Part shown: piece by piece, positions 36,968 through 45,085 of the stretch
Position numbering within the stretch: position 1 is the stretch's first letter
Layout: every line of letters begins with the position of its first letter
Source: Candidatus Krumholzibacteriota bacterium
GTDB taxonomy: Bacteria > Krumholzibacteriota > Krumholzibacteriia > JACNKJ01
DNA length: 64,000 nt
NCBI GenBank assembly: GCA_016933175.1
Contig: JAFGBK010000070.1
Location: 101,866-165,865, forward strand
Reading direction: 5' to 3'
Notes under the pieces: generated by a model
What the model was told of the DNA's origin: nothing
The model's database searches: none
The model's input: only the letters and a program-made list of their open reading frames with translations
Translations under genes and position numbers: made by a program

Positions 36968-39060
36968 GCGCCGTCCTCCTCTCGGTTCAGGAGAGCCGCC
37001 GGCCAGCGGCCCCGCAGCTGCATGCCCAGGGTCTCCAGCCAGAGCTGGAAGTCCAGCCCCGGGCTCCAGTGGGTCAGGTAGAGGCGATCCATGCCGGCCA
37101 GGGAGGCGGCGTCCGTCTGGATGCCGTACCGCCGCCAGTAGCCCGTCAGGCCGGGGCGCAGAACGAGCAGGTCGCGCAGCTCCGGCGCGGCCGCCTCCGC
37201 CGGCGGCCTCGGCAGGGGCCCGACGAGGCTCAGGCGCCCGCGCAGCACGGCCAGGTAGAGCCGCGGCGCGAGCAGATCCGACACGGACCGCTCTCCGTGC
37301 ACGGCCACCGGCAGCGTGACGGGCTGCCCGCCCTTGCCCGCGGCCCGCAGGCGCCGCAGGGACCGCTGGCCCCGCAGCCGGCAGGCGACACCATGCACCA
37401 GGCCCGGAAGCAGCGTCAAGGCCAGGGCCGGCAGGGCGCAGGTCAGATCCGTCAGGCGCTTGAAGAAGCGCTGCAGCGGCCAGAGGCCGGCCATGCGATA
37501 GGCCACCCCCGGCAGGCCGAGGAAGTCCTCGACGCTGGCGCCGCGGCTGACCAGCCCCCCCAGGTCGCTGAGCACGCGCAGGTCCACGCTGCGGCGGCGG
37601 CACCAGACGAGGGTGGAGCCCACGGCCTCGCGGGCCGCGGCGCTGGGCGCGAGGAGGATCTCCTGCACGCGCTCGGACTCGGCGACGCGCTCCAGGTCGT
37701 CCAGGCCGCCCAGCGCGCCCGCGGTGTCCTCGCCGGCGGCGATGCGGCCCACCAGCTCCAGGCCCGTCTCCGGATGGCGCAGGACGAGATCGCCCAGGGA
37801 CGCCGCCTCGGCGGCCGTGCCCACCACCAGGACGCGGCGCAGGTCGAAGCGGTAGCGCAGAAAGGCGCGGTGGATCAGGCGCAGGACGCGGCGCAGCAGG
37901 AAGGCGGCCAGGATCAGCAGCGGCACGCTGAGCAGGATGATGGCGCGCGAGACGATGCGCTCGTGGGTGAGGAAGGTGGTGGTCATGAGGATGGCGCCGG
38001 CCAGCAGGCCGGCCTTCAGGAGCGCCAGCAGCTCCTCCCCCACGCCCGTGCGCCGGCTGGTGCGATAGAGTCCGCCCGCGGCGAAGACGCCCAGCACGAT
38101 GAGGTTCGTGAAGACGGCGAAGCGGCGGTAGGGTTCGATGTCGAAGTAGGTGTGGGCGAACAGGGACGCCAGCAGGGTCAGGCGCAGGGCCGTGGCGGCG
38201 GCCAGGGCGGCGTTGATCGCGACGAGGTCCAGGACGAGCAGCACCAGGGCCTTGACGACGTCGCGGTAGCGCTTGGCGAGGTAGGCGGCGGGATTCCACT
38301 TCTCCGTGTAGCGGATGAAGCTGGTGACGTGTGCCAGCAGGCTCCGGCTGAAGGGATTGCGCGCGGCGCTGGCGCGCTTGTGGACGTGGGTCATCTCCGC
38401 CGCGGGCACGTACCAGACCTCCCAACCATGCTGGCCCATGCGGTAGCACCAGTCCACGTCCTCGAAGTAGAGGAAGAAGCGCTCGTCCATGGCGCCCACC
38501 TCCGCCACGGCTCGCCGCCGGGCCAGCATGCAGGCGCCGATGACCCAGTCCACGCGCCGCTCGGCGGCGTGGTCGAAGTCCAGCATGAGGTGGCGGCGCA
38601 GGGCGCGGCTGCGCGGCAGCAGACGACCCAGGGGCGTGCGCCTGAGCAGGATGGTCCAGAAGGTGTAGAAGCTGCGGCAGGAGTGCTGGATGGTGCCGTC
38701 CTCGTTGAGCAGGCGGGCGCCGGCGATGCCGGCGCGGGGATGGGCTTCGAGGAAGTCCGCCAGGGCGTCCACGGCGCCCGGGTGCACCGTGACGTCCGGG
38801 TTGATGACGAGGAAGGCGTCCCCCGTGGCCGCGGCGATCCCCTGGTTCACAGCTCGCGCGTAGCCCAGGTTCAGGTCGTTGGCTAATACGGTGAGGCCCG
38901 GCTCGCCGCGCAGGCGCGCGGCGCTGCCGTCCGGGCTGGCGTTGTCCACGCAGATGAGCTCCAGCTCGCGCCGCGTGCCGGCGGCGCGCAGGCTGGCCAG
39001 GCTGCGCGCGATCTCCTCGCCCGAGTTGTAGCTCACCCAGATGGCGGAGATCCGGTTCAC
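36964..39060 (-). CDS. Fusion of a GT2 (WbbL-like) glycosyltransferase and a WcaJ/WbaP-like 4TM-Rossmann-phosphoglycosyltransferase module
   Basis: N-terminal VSYN, CVDNASPDGS, NLGYARAVNQG, INPD, MDERFFLYFEDVDW; then TM helices, RVLVVGT, FFKRLTDL, SLVGPLP, RPGLTGYW, DRLYLTHWSPGLD. GTG 39060. Confidence 0.85.
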   Translation of the reverse strand: MNRISAIWVSYNSGEEIARSLASLRAAGTRRELELICVDNASPDGSAARLRGEPGLTVLANDLNLGYARAVNQGIAAATGDAFLVINPDVTVHPGAVDALADFLEAHPRAGIAGARLLNEDGTIQHSCRSFYTFWTILLRRTPLGRLLPRSRALRRHLMLDFDHAAERRVDWVIGACMLARRRAVAEVGAMDERFFLYFEDVDWCYRMGQHGWEVWYVPAAEMTHVHKRASAARNPFSRSLLAHVTSFIRYTEKWNPAAYLAKRYRDVVKALVLLVLDLVAINAALAAATALRLTLLASLFAHTYFDIEPYRRFAVFTNLIVLGVFAAGGLYRTSRRTGVGEELLALLKAGLLAGAILMTTTFLTHERIVSRAIILLSVPLLILAAFLLRRVLRLIHRAFLRYRFDLRRVLVVGTAAEAASLGDLVLRHPETGLELVGRIAAGEDTAGALGGLDDLERVAESERVQEILLAPSAAAREAVGSTLVWCRRRSVDLRVLSDLGGLVSRGASVEDFLGLPGVAYRMAGLWPLQRFFKRLTDLTCALPALALTLLPGLVHGVACRLRGQRSLRRLRAAGKGGQPVTLPVAVHGERSVSDLLAPRLYLAVLRGRLSLVGPLPRPPAEAAAPELRDLLVLRPGLTGYWRRYGIQTDAASLAGMDRLYLTHWSPGLDFQLWLETLGMQLRGRWPAALLNREEDGA

Positions 39061-39791
39061 CGCACCCCGCCCTTCCGTCTCCCGCCGCGCAGGCGCATGA
39101 AGCGCAGGCGCCAGACCATCCAGACCGCCTCCCAGATGATCCGCTTGTTCATCTTGCTCACGCCTACCCGCCGGTCGGTGAAGACGATGGGGATCTCCTT
39201 GATGCGGAAGCCGCGCCGGTAGGCCTGGTAGTTCATCTCGATCTGGAAGCTGTAGCCGTCGCTGCGCACGCGGTCCAGGGGAATGGCCTCCAGCACCTCG
39301 CGGCGGAAGCACTTGAAGCCGCCCGTGGCGTCGTGGATGGGCAGGCCGGTGATCAGGCGCGTGTAGATGTTGGCCCCGAAGCTCAGCGCCAGCCGGCGCA
39401 GGGGCCAGTTGACCACCGTCACGCCCGCCAGGTAGCGGCTGCCCAGGACCAGGTCCACCGTCTCGATCTCCTGCAGGAAGCGCTTGAGGTCCTCGGGATT
39501 ATGGGAGAAGTCGGCGTCCATCTCGAAGACCCAGTGGATCTCCGGCCGCGCCAGAGCCCACTGGAAGCCGGCGATGTAGGCGCTGCCCAGGCCCATCTTG
39601 CCGGGACGGCTGAGTAGGTGCAGGCGCGGCTGGTCGGGCTGCAGCGCCGCCACGAGGTCGGCCGTGCCGTCCGGAGAGCTGTCGTCGACCACCAGGACCT
39701 CGAGGCGCGGATCCTGGGCGAGGACCGCCGCGACGACGGCCTCGATGTTCTCGCGCTCGTTGTAGGTGGGGATGATGACCAGACCCTTCAT
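39057..39791 (-). CDS. Polyprenol-monophosphomannose synthase (DPM1/Ppm1-like GT2)
   Basis: IIPTYNEREN, VDDSSPDGT, GKMGLGSAYIAGF, EMDADFSHNP, GSRY, DATGGFKCFRR, GYSFQIEM, EIPIVFTDRRVGVSKM. Confidence 0.9.
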   Translation of the reverse strand: MKGLVIIPTYNERENIEAVVAAVLAQDPRLEVLVVDDSSPDGTADLVAALQPDQPRLHLLSRPGKMGLGSAYIAGFQWALARPEIHWVFEMDADFSHNPEDLKRFLQEIETVDLVLGSRYLAGVTVVNWPLRRLALSFGANIYTRLITGLPIHDATGGFKCFRREVLEAIPLDRVRSDGYSFQIEMNYQAYRRGFRIKEIPIVFTDRRVGVSKMNKRIIWEAVWMVWRLRFMRLRGGRRKGGVR

Positions 39792-39830
39792 CGTCTCCCT
39801 TTCGTACTCGGTTCAGCGCCGGCGGCGCCC

Positions 39831-42305
39831 TCACACGCCGCCCGGCGCATCGTCCCTGTCCGGCTGCGGCCGGAGGCGTTCCCGCCACGCGCGCCAGGCG
39901 CCGGCCAGCGCCAGGAGCAGGGCCGCCAGCAGCGCGACGCGGCGCAGCCAGCGCAGGGCGCCGCCCCCAGGCGGCGCGAAGCGGAAGGTCACCGCGTGCT
40001 CGCCGGCCGGCAGGGCCACGGCGCGGAAGTAGCCGTCGGCTGTGAGCAGGGGCCGCGCGTCGCCGTCCACGCGCACCTCCCAGCCAGGGTAGTTCATGTC
40101 GGCCAGGACGAGAACGGCCGGCCGCGCCAGGCGGGCGTTGCAGGCCACAGCGTCCAGGCCCCAGTCCACCGCGAGGATCTCCCCCGCCGGGCCCTCGCCC
40201 GGCCGCGGGGCCGGGTCCGGCGCCGCGTCCAGGGCGACGGCCTCCGTCACCGGAGCGCCCGCCAGGACGCGCGCGCGCGTGGCGGCCGGCGGTTCCACGA
40301 AGGTCGTGTCGGCCAGGAACAGGCGCGGGCGCGCGCCGGGGATCTCGTAGACCGCCTCCTCGGCGGCCAGGGCGAGGGGAAGGCCGCCGGCCCGCTCCAG
40401 GGGCGCGGGCGCAAGCAGGTAGCGCACGGCGAAGCGCCGGAGCAGGGGCAGGCCGGCGCGCGGGACCGCCTTGACCATCGAGTCGGCCACGGCCAGCTTG
40501 GCCGCGTGGTAGCCGCCGAGGTTCGCCAGGCCCCGCGCGGCGGCCTCGTTGCCGGCGAAGCGGCTGCCGGCCAGGGCGTGGAAGCGCTGGTGGTCCAGCT
40601 TCGTTTCCAGGAAGGCCAGGGTCCGCGGTGGCAGCTCGACGGCGGCGCCCCGCGGCGGGCCTAGCAGCTCCACGCCGCGCTGGCCCGGCCAGTGGCGCGA
40701 GGGATGGAGGATCTTGCGGTCCAGGGGAACGAGGTCGGCGATGACGGCCACGGCGAGGGCGGCGGCCAGGACCGCCTCCCCGCGCGCCCCGGCGCCGCGG
40801 CGGCGCCACTCCAGGGCGCCCAGCACCAGCAGGATCAGCCCGCCCGCCCGCAGGCTCTCGGCGCGCAGCCAGGGCGCCGACGCGCCCGCGGCCTGGCCGG
40901 CCGCGCGCGCCAGGGCCTGCCGTCCCTGGGCGGCGGGTAGCCGCGCCAGCTGCGCGGCGTGCTTCTCGGCCAGGGCGCCGCGGGCCGCCCGGTCCATGAG
41001 CGCCGGACCGGCCCAGGCGGCGAGGGCGTAGAATCCCACGCCCGCCAGCAGCACCCAGCGCAGGCGCCGCGCGGCCGCCGGCCGCCGCAGGGCGCGCTCG
41101 AGGCCGCGGGCGAACAGCAGCGCCAGGGCCAGCTGCTGGATCATGACGACCATCACCGGCACGCGGAAGCGGCTGAAGCCCGGCAGCAGGTCGTAGAGGG
41201 GCCGGTAGGCCCAGGGCAGGTAGCGCCCCGCCGCCACGAGGGTGGCGGCGACGAACAGCCCGCCGAAGAAGAGGTCGTAGCGCCGCCGCGGGCCGAGGAG
41301 GAACAGGGCCAGGGCCGCCAGGAAGGGCACGGCGCCCAGGTAGTTGGGGTAGTCCGTCATGGGCATGCGGCCGAAGTAGGTCTCCTCGCCGAAGCCCCAG
41401 CTCGACGGCAGCAGGAAGGTGGTCCACTCGCGCGGGTGCAGGCTCCAGGCGGTGGCGTAGTCGTAGTCCACGCCGCCGCCCGCGCTCGCGCCGCGGATGG
41501 AGCGGCCGCTGTACTCGTGGACGGGCGCGTAGAGGGGCGCGCTCGCCGCCGCGGCCAGGACCAGGGCCGCCAGGCCCAGGGCCAGGGGCGGCAGCCAGGC
41601 CCGCAGGCCACCGCGCCGCGCGGCCGCGATCAGTCGGCCGAGGGCGAACAAGCCCGTGATCACCAGGCCGTAGTAGACCACCTGCACGTGGGCCGTCAGG
41701 AGCAGGCCCGCCAGGGACAGGGCCAGCAGCCCCGCGTCCAGCAGGGGGCGACGGCCTTCCACGAGGCGGTCGGTGAACAGCAGGGTCCAGGGGATCCACG
41801 ACAGGCTCATGACCTTGCTGCCGTGGCCGTAGGCGCCGATGGCCACCTGCGAGGGCATGAGCAGGAAGACCGCCCCGGCCAGCCAGGCCACCCAGCCGCG
41901 CGCGCCGCGGCCGCGCGCCAGGAGAAAGACGCCCAGGGCCGCCCACAGGTAGTGGGCCAGCAGCCAGCTCAGGGGCGGCAGGCGCAGGTGGTCGATGGCC
42001 CAGCGCAGCAGGACGGTGCCGGGGTAGAGCCCGGTGTTGGTGCTGAGGCTGGCGGCGGCCGGCATGCCGGCGAAGATGAAGGGATTCCAGGCGGGAGGCG
42101 GCAGGTCCCGCGCCGCCAGGTACTCGGCCAGGCCCGCCGGCGCCACGGCGTCGGGGCTGGTGAAGACCCGGCCCTGGAAGACGGCCTCGGGCAGGAGCAG
42201 GGCCAGCAGCAGGGCGTAGAGCAGGGCCGCCAGGGCCAGGCCGCGGCCGCCCTCCAGCCGGAGCCAGGGCCGGCCGGCGCGGGGGGCGTCGCCGCGCGCG
42301 CTCAC
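39831..42305 (-). CDS. YfhO-family polytopic membrane glycosyltransferase (GT-C)
   Basis: WNPFIFAGMP, AYGHGSK, HVQVVYY, YATAWSL, YFGRMPMTDYPNYLG, FSRFRVP, GGYHAAKL, YPGWEVRVDG...LPAGEHAVTFRF. GTG 42305. Confidence 0.85.
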   Translation of the reverse strand: MSARGDAPRAGRPWLRLEGGRGLALAALLYALLLALLLPEAVFQGRVFTSPDAVAPAGLAEYLAARDLPPPAWNPFIFAGMPAAASLSTNTGLYPGTVLLRWAIDHLRLPPLSWLLAHYLWAALGVFLLARGRGARGWVAWLAGAVFLLMPSQVAIGAYGHGSKVMSLSWIPWTLLFTDRLVEGRRPLLDAGLLALSLAGLLLTAHVQVVYYGLVITGLFALGRLIAAARRGGLRAWLPPLALGLAALVLAAAASAPLYAPVHEYSGRSIRGASAGGGVDYDYATAWSLHPREWTTFLLPSSWGFGEETYFGRMPMTDYPNYLGAVPFLAALALFLLGPRRRYDLFFGGLFVAATLVAAGRYLPWAYRPLYDLLPGFSRFRVPVMVVMIQQLALALLFARGLERALRRPAAARRLRWVLLAGVGFYALAAWAGPALMDRAARGALAEKHAAQLARLPAAQGRQALARAAGQAAGASAPWLRAESLRAGGLILLVLGALEWRRRGAGARGEAVLAAALAVAVIADLVPLDRKILHPSRHWPGQRGVELLGPPRGAAVELPPRTLAFLETKLDHQRFHALAGSRFAGNEAAARGLANLGGYHAAKLAVADSMVKAVPRAGLPLLRRFAVRYLLAPAPLERAGGLPLALAAEEAVYEIPGARPRLFLADTTFVEPPAATRARVLAGAPVTEAVALDAAPDPAPRPGEGPAGEILAVDWGLDAVACNARLARPAVLVLADMNYPGWEVRVDGDARPLLTADGYFRAVALPAGEHAVTFRFAPPGGGALRWLRRVALLAALLLALAGAWRAWRERLRPQPDRDDAPGGV

Positions 42306-43222
42306 GGCCGCGCCTCCTCGCGCTTCCCGGGCAGCAGGGACCGCACCAGGGAGCCCAGCAGCCCCCGCTCGCCCCGCCCCAGGCCGGCGGCCAGGCCGCG
42401 CGCCGCCTGTCCCCACCAGGCCAGGTGGGCCAGGGGCCTGAGGGCCGGGCGCACGTGCCGGCGGATGAGCAGCGCCGTGGCCCGGCGCTGGGCGCGCAGC
42501 TTGGCGGCGCTGAAGCCGCCGCCGCTGGAGAAGCCCACGCGGTGGTAGAGCAGGGCGTCGGGCACGTAGCGCAGGCGCCAGCCCAGCGCCAGCGCCCGCA
42601 GGGACAAGTCCACGTCCTCCGCGTAGAAGCCGAAGTCCTCGTCGAAGCCGCCGGTGGTCTTCCAGAACTCCGCGCGACCCAGGATGCAGCAGCCCGTCAG
42701 GTAGCCCGTGTCGGCGGCCTCGAGCCAGCGCCCCGCGGCCCGCCGGCGGATGCCCAGGTGCCGGGCCACGCGGCTGAGCCGGCCCACGGCGCCGCCGCCG
42801 TACCAGATCCGATCGCGCGCCTCGTGGTAGTGGATGCGCGGCGCCGCCGCCCCCCGCCGCGCCTCGGCTTCCAGGTCCGCCACCAGGGGATCGAGCAGGC
42901 CCGGGTCCGCCTCGATGTCGTTGTTGAGCACGGCCACGTAGTCCGGCGCGCCGGGCAGCAGGCGCGCCAGGGCGGCGTTCATGCCGCCGGCGTAGCGCCG
43001 GTTGGTCCCCGTGGGCAGCAGCTCCCAGCGCGGATGCTCGGCGGCGGCCCAGGCGTCCGAGCCGTCGGTGGAGGCGTTGTCCACCAGGAGCAGGGTCACG
43101 TCATGGCGGCTGGCGTCGGCGGCGCGCTCCAGGCTGGCGAGGCACAGCGGCAGCACCTCCCGTCCGTTCCAGTTGAGGACCGCCAGGCCGATGCGGCGTC
43201 GCTCAGGCGCCACGGGGCTCAC
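42302..43222 (-). CDS. GT2-family glycosyltransferase
   Basis: VLNWNG, VDNASTDGS, YAGGMN, LNND, TGCC, GGFDEDFGFYAEDVDLSLR. Confidence 0.9.
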   Translation of the reverse strand: MSPVAPERRRIGLAVLNWNGREVLPLCLASLERAADASRHDVTLLLVDNASTDGSDAWAAAEHPRWELLPTGTNRRYAGGMNAALARLLPGAPDYVAVLNNDIEADPGLLDPLVADLEAEARRGAAAPRIHYHEARDRIWYGGGAVGRLSRVARHLGIRRRAAGRWLEAADTGYLTGCCILGRAEFWKTTGGFDEDFGFYAEDVDLSLRALALGWRLRYVPDALLYHRVGFSSGGGFSAAKLRAQRRATALLIRRHVRPALRPLAHLAWWGQAARGLAAGLGRGERGLLGSLVRSLLPGKREEARP

Positions 43223-44135
43223 GTTCCTCGGCGATGCGGTACTCCTCCTCCCGGCCGCGCAGGTGGATCATCAGCTCGCCCAGCAACCCCAGGGAGGCCG
43301 TCTGGAAGCCGAGGACCACGAGGATGAGGCCGAGGATGAGCAGCGGGCGCACGCGCAGCGTCTGCGTGACGGCCCAGACGACGGCGAAGTAGAGGTTGAT
43401 GAGCAGGCCGGCGGCCAGCAACGCGAAGGCGATGCGCCCGAACAGGTGCAGGGGTGCGGCGCCGCGCCGGTGGATGAAGGTCACGGTGAACAGGTCGAGA
43501 ATGCCGTTGAGAAAGCGCCGCGCGCCGTACTTGCTCACGCCGAAGCGGCGGGCGTGGTGGCGCACGGGGAGCTCGGTGACGCGCCAGCCCTGCCAGGCGG
43601 CCAGCACGGGCACGTAGCGGTGCAGGTCGCCGTAGAGCCGCAGGCCGCGGGCCACCTCCCCCCGGTAGGCCTTGAGGCCGCAGTTGAAGTCGTGCAGGGT
43701 CAGGCCGGAGACGCGGCGCAGCAGGCTGTTCCAGACCTTGCTGGGCAGGGTCTTGTCGATGGGGTCGCGCCGCTCCTTCTTCCAGCCGCTCACCAGGTCC
43801 CAGCCCTCGTCCAGCTTCGCCAGCAGGGCGGGCAGCTCCGCCGGATCGTCCTGGAGGTCGGCGTCCATGGTGACCACCGCCTCGCCGCGCGTGCGGGCGA
43901 AGCCCACGGCCAGGGCCGCGCTCTTGCCGTAGTTGCGGCCCAGGCGCACGTAGCCCACGCGCGGATCCGCCGCGGCCAGGCGCTCCAGCAGCTCGCCCGT
44001 GCCGTCCGTGCTGCCGTCGTCCACCACCAGGATCTCGTAGGGCGCGAAGGGCGCGGCGTGCGCGCGCAGGGCATCGAGCAGCGCGGGCAGGCTCTCGGCC
44101 TCGTCGTAGGCGGGGATCAGGATGCTCAGCCTCAC
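43203..44135 (-). CDS. GT2 polyprenol-phosphate glycosyltransferase (ArnC/GtrB-like, two C-terminal TM helices)
   Basis: LIPAYDE, VVDDGSTDGT, RNYGKSAAL, TMDADLQDDP, DLVSGWK, HDFNCGLKAYR, LHRYVP, GVSKYG. Confidence 0.9.
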   Translation of the reverse strand: MRLSILIPAYDEAESLPALLDALRAHAAPFAPYEILVVDDGSTDGTGELLERLAAADPRVGYVRLGRNYGKSAALAVGFARTRGEAVVTMDADLQDDPAELPALLAKLDEGWDLVSGWKKERRDPIDKTLPSKVWNSLLRRVSGLTLHDFNCGLKAYRGEVARGLRLYGDLHRYVPVLAAWQGWRVTELPVRHHARRFGVSKYGARRFLNGILDLFTVTFIHRRGAAPLHLFGRIAFALLAAGLLINLYFAVVWAVTQTLRVRPLLILGLILVVLGFQTASLGLLGELMIHLRGREEEYRIAEEREPRGA

Positions 44136-45085
44136 GCCGCCTCCTCCTGCTCGCGGGTCCAGGCCAGCTGGCGGGCCAGGCCCTCGGCCAGGGGCGTGCG
44201 CGGCCGGAAGCCCAGCTCGGCCTCGATGCGGGTGGCGTCGGCGAGGGTGTCCTGCACGTCTCCGGCCGGCACCGCCGCGTGCTCGCGGGCCAGGGCGTGG
44301 CCGAAGACTCCCTCGAGGGTCGCCAGCACCTCGTGGAGCGTCACGCGGCTGCCGCCGCCGGCGTTGAAGACGAAGGCATCGCCGCCGTAGGCGGCGGCGC
44401 GCAGGTTGGCCTCCACGATGTCGTCCACGTAGGTGAAGTCCCGCGTCTGGCCGCCGTCGCCCAGGACGGGCAGGGGCCGGCCCGCCAGGCCCGCCGCGAT
44501 GAAGCGGCTGAAGGCCATGTCGGGCCGCTGCCGCGGGCCGTAGACGGTGAAGTAGCGCAGGGCCACGGCGTCGATGCCGTGGTTCATGCGGTAGAGGTCC
44601 ACGAGCTGCTCGGCGGCCAGCTTGGTCACGCCGTAGGGGCTGTAGGGGCGGGGCAGGGAGTCCTCCCGCATGGGCAGCGTCGTCACGCGCCCGTAGACGG
44701 AGCTGGAGCTGGCGTAGACCAGGCGCACGCCCGCGCGCCCCTTGAGCGCCTCGAGCAGGCGCTGGGTGGCGGCGAGGTTGCAGTGCAGGTAGACGCCGAA
44801 CTCCTCGCCCCAGCTGGCCCGCACCCCCGCCTGGGCGGCCTGGTGGAAGACGGCGTCGCAGCCGTCCAGCAGCGGCGCCAGGTCGGCCGTCACGAGATCG
44901 GCCGCCACGAGGCGGAAGCCGGGCCGCGCCAGGGCCGCCGCGAGGTTGCGCCGCTTGCGGGCCGGGTCGTAGTAGTCCGTGAAGCAGTCCAGCCCCACCA
45001 CCTCGCGGCCCTCGGCCAGGAGCCGGTCCACCAGGTGGGAGCCGATGAAGCCCGCGGCGCCGGTGACGAGGACGCGCCCGCTCAC
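44132..45085 (-). CDS. NAD-dependent nucleotide-sugar epimerase (UDP-glucuronate 4-epimerase-like)
   Basis: VLVTGAAGFIGSHL, HQAAQAGVR, ASSSSVYG, SPYGVTK (YxxxK), LRYFTVYGPRQRPDMA, RDFTYVDD. GTG 45085. Confidence 0.92.
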   Translation of the reverse strand: MSGRVLVTGAAGFIGSHLVDRLLAEGREVVGLDCFTDYYDPARKRRNLAAALARPGFRLVAADLVTADLAPLLDGCDAVFHQAAQAGVRASWGEEFGVYLHCNLAATQRLLEALKGRAGVRLVYASSSSVYGRVTTLPMREDSLPRPYSPYGVTKLAAEQLVDLYRMNHGIDAVALRYFTVYGPRQRPDMAFSRFIAAGLAGRPLPVLGDGGQTRDFTYVDDIVEANLRAAAYGGDAFVFNAGGGSRVTLHEVLATLEGVFGHALAREHAAVPAGDVQDTLADATRIEAELGFRPRTPLAEGLARQLAWTREQEEAA

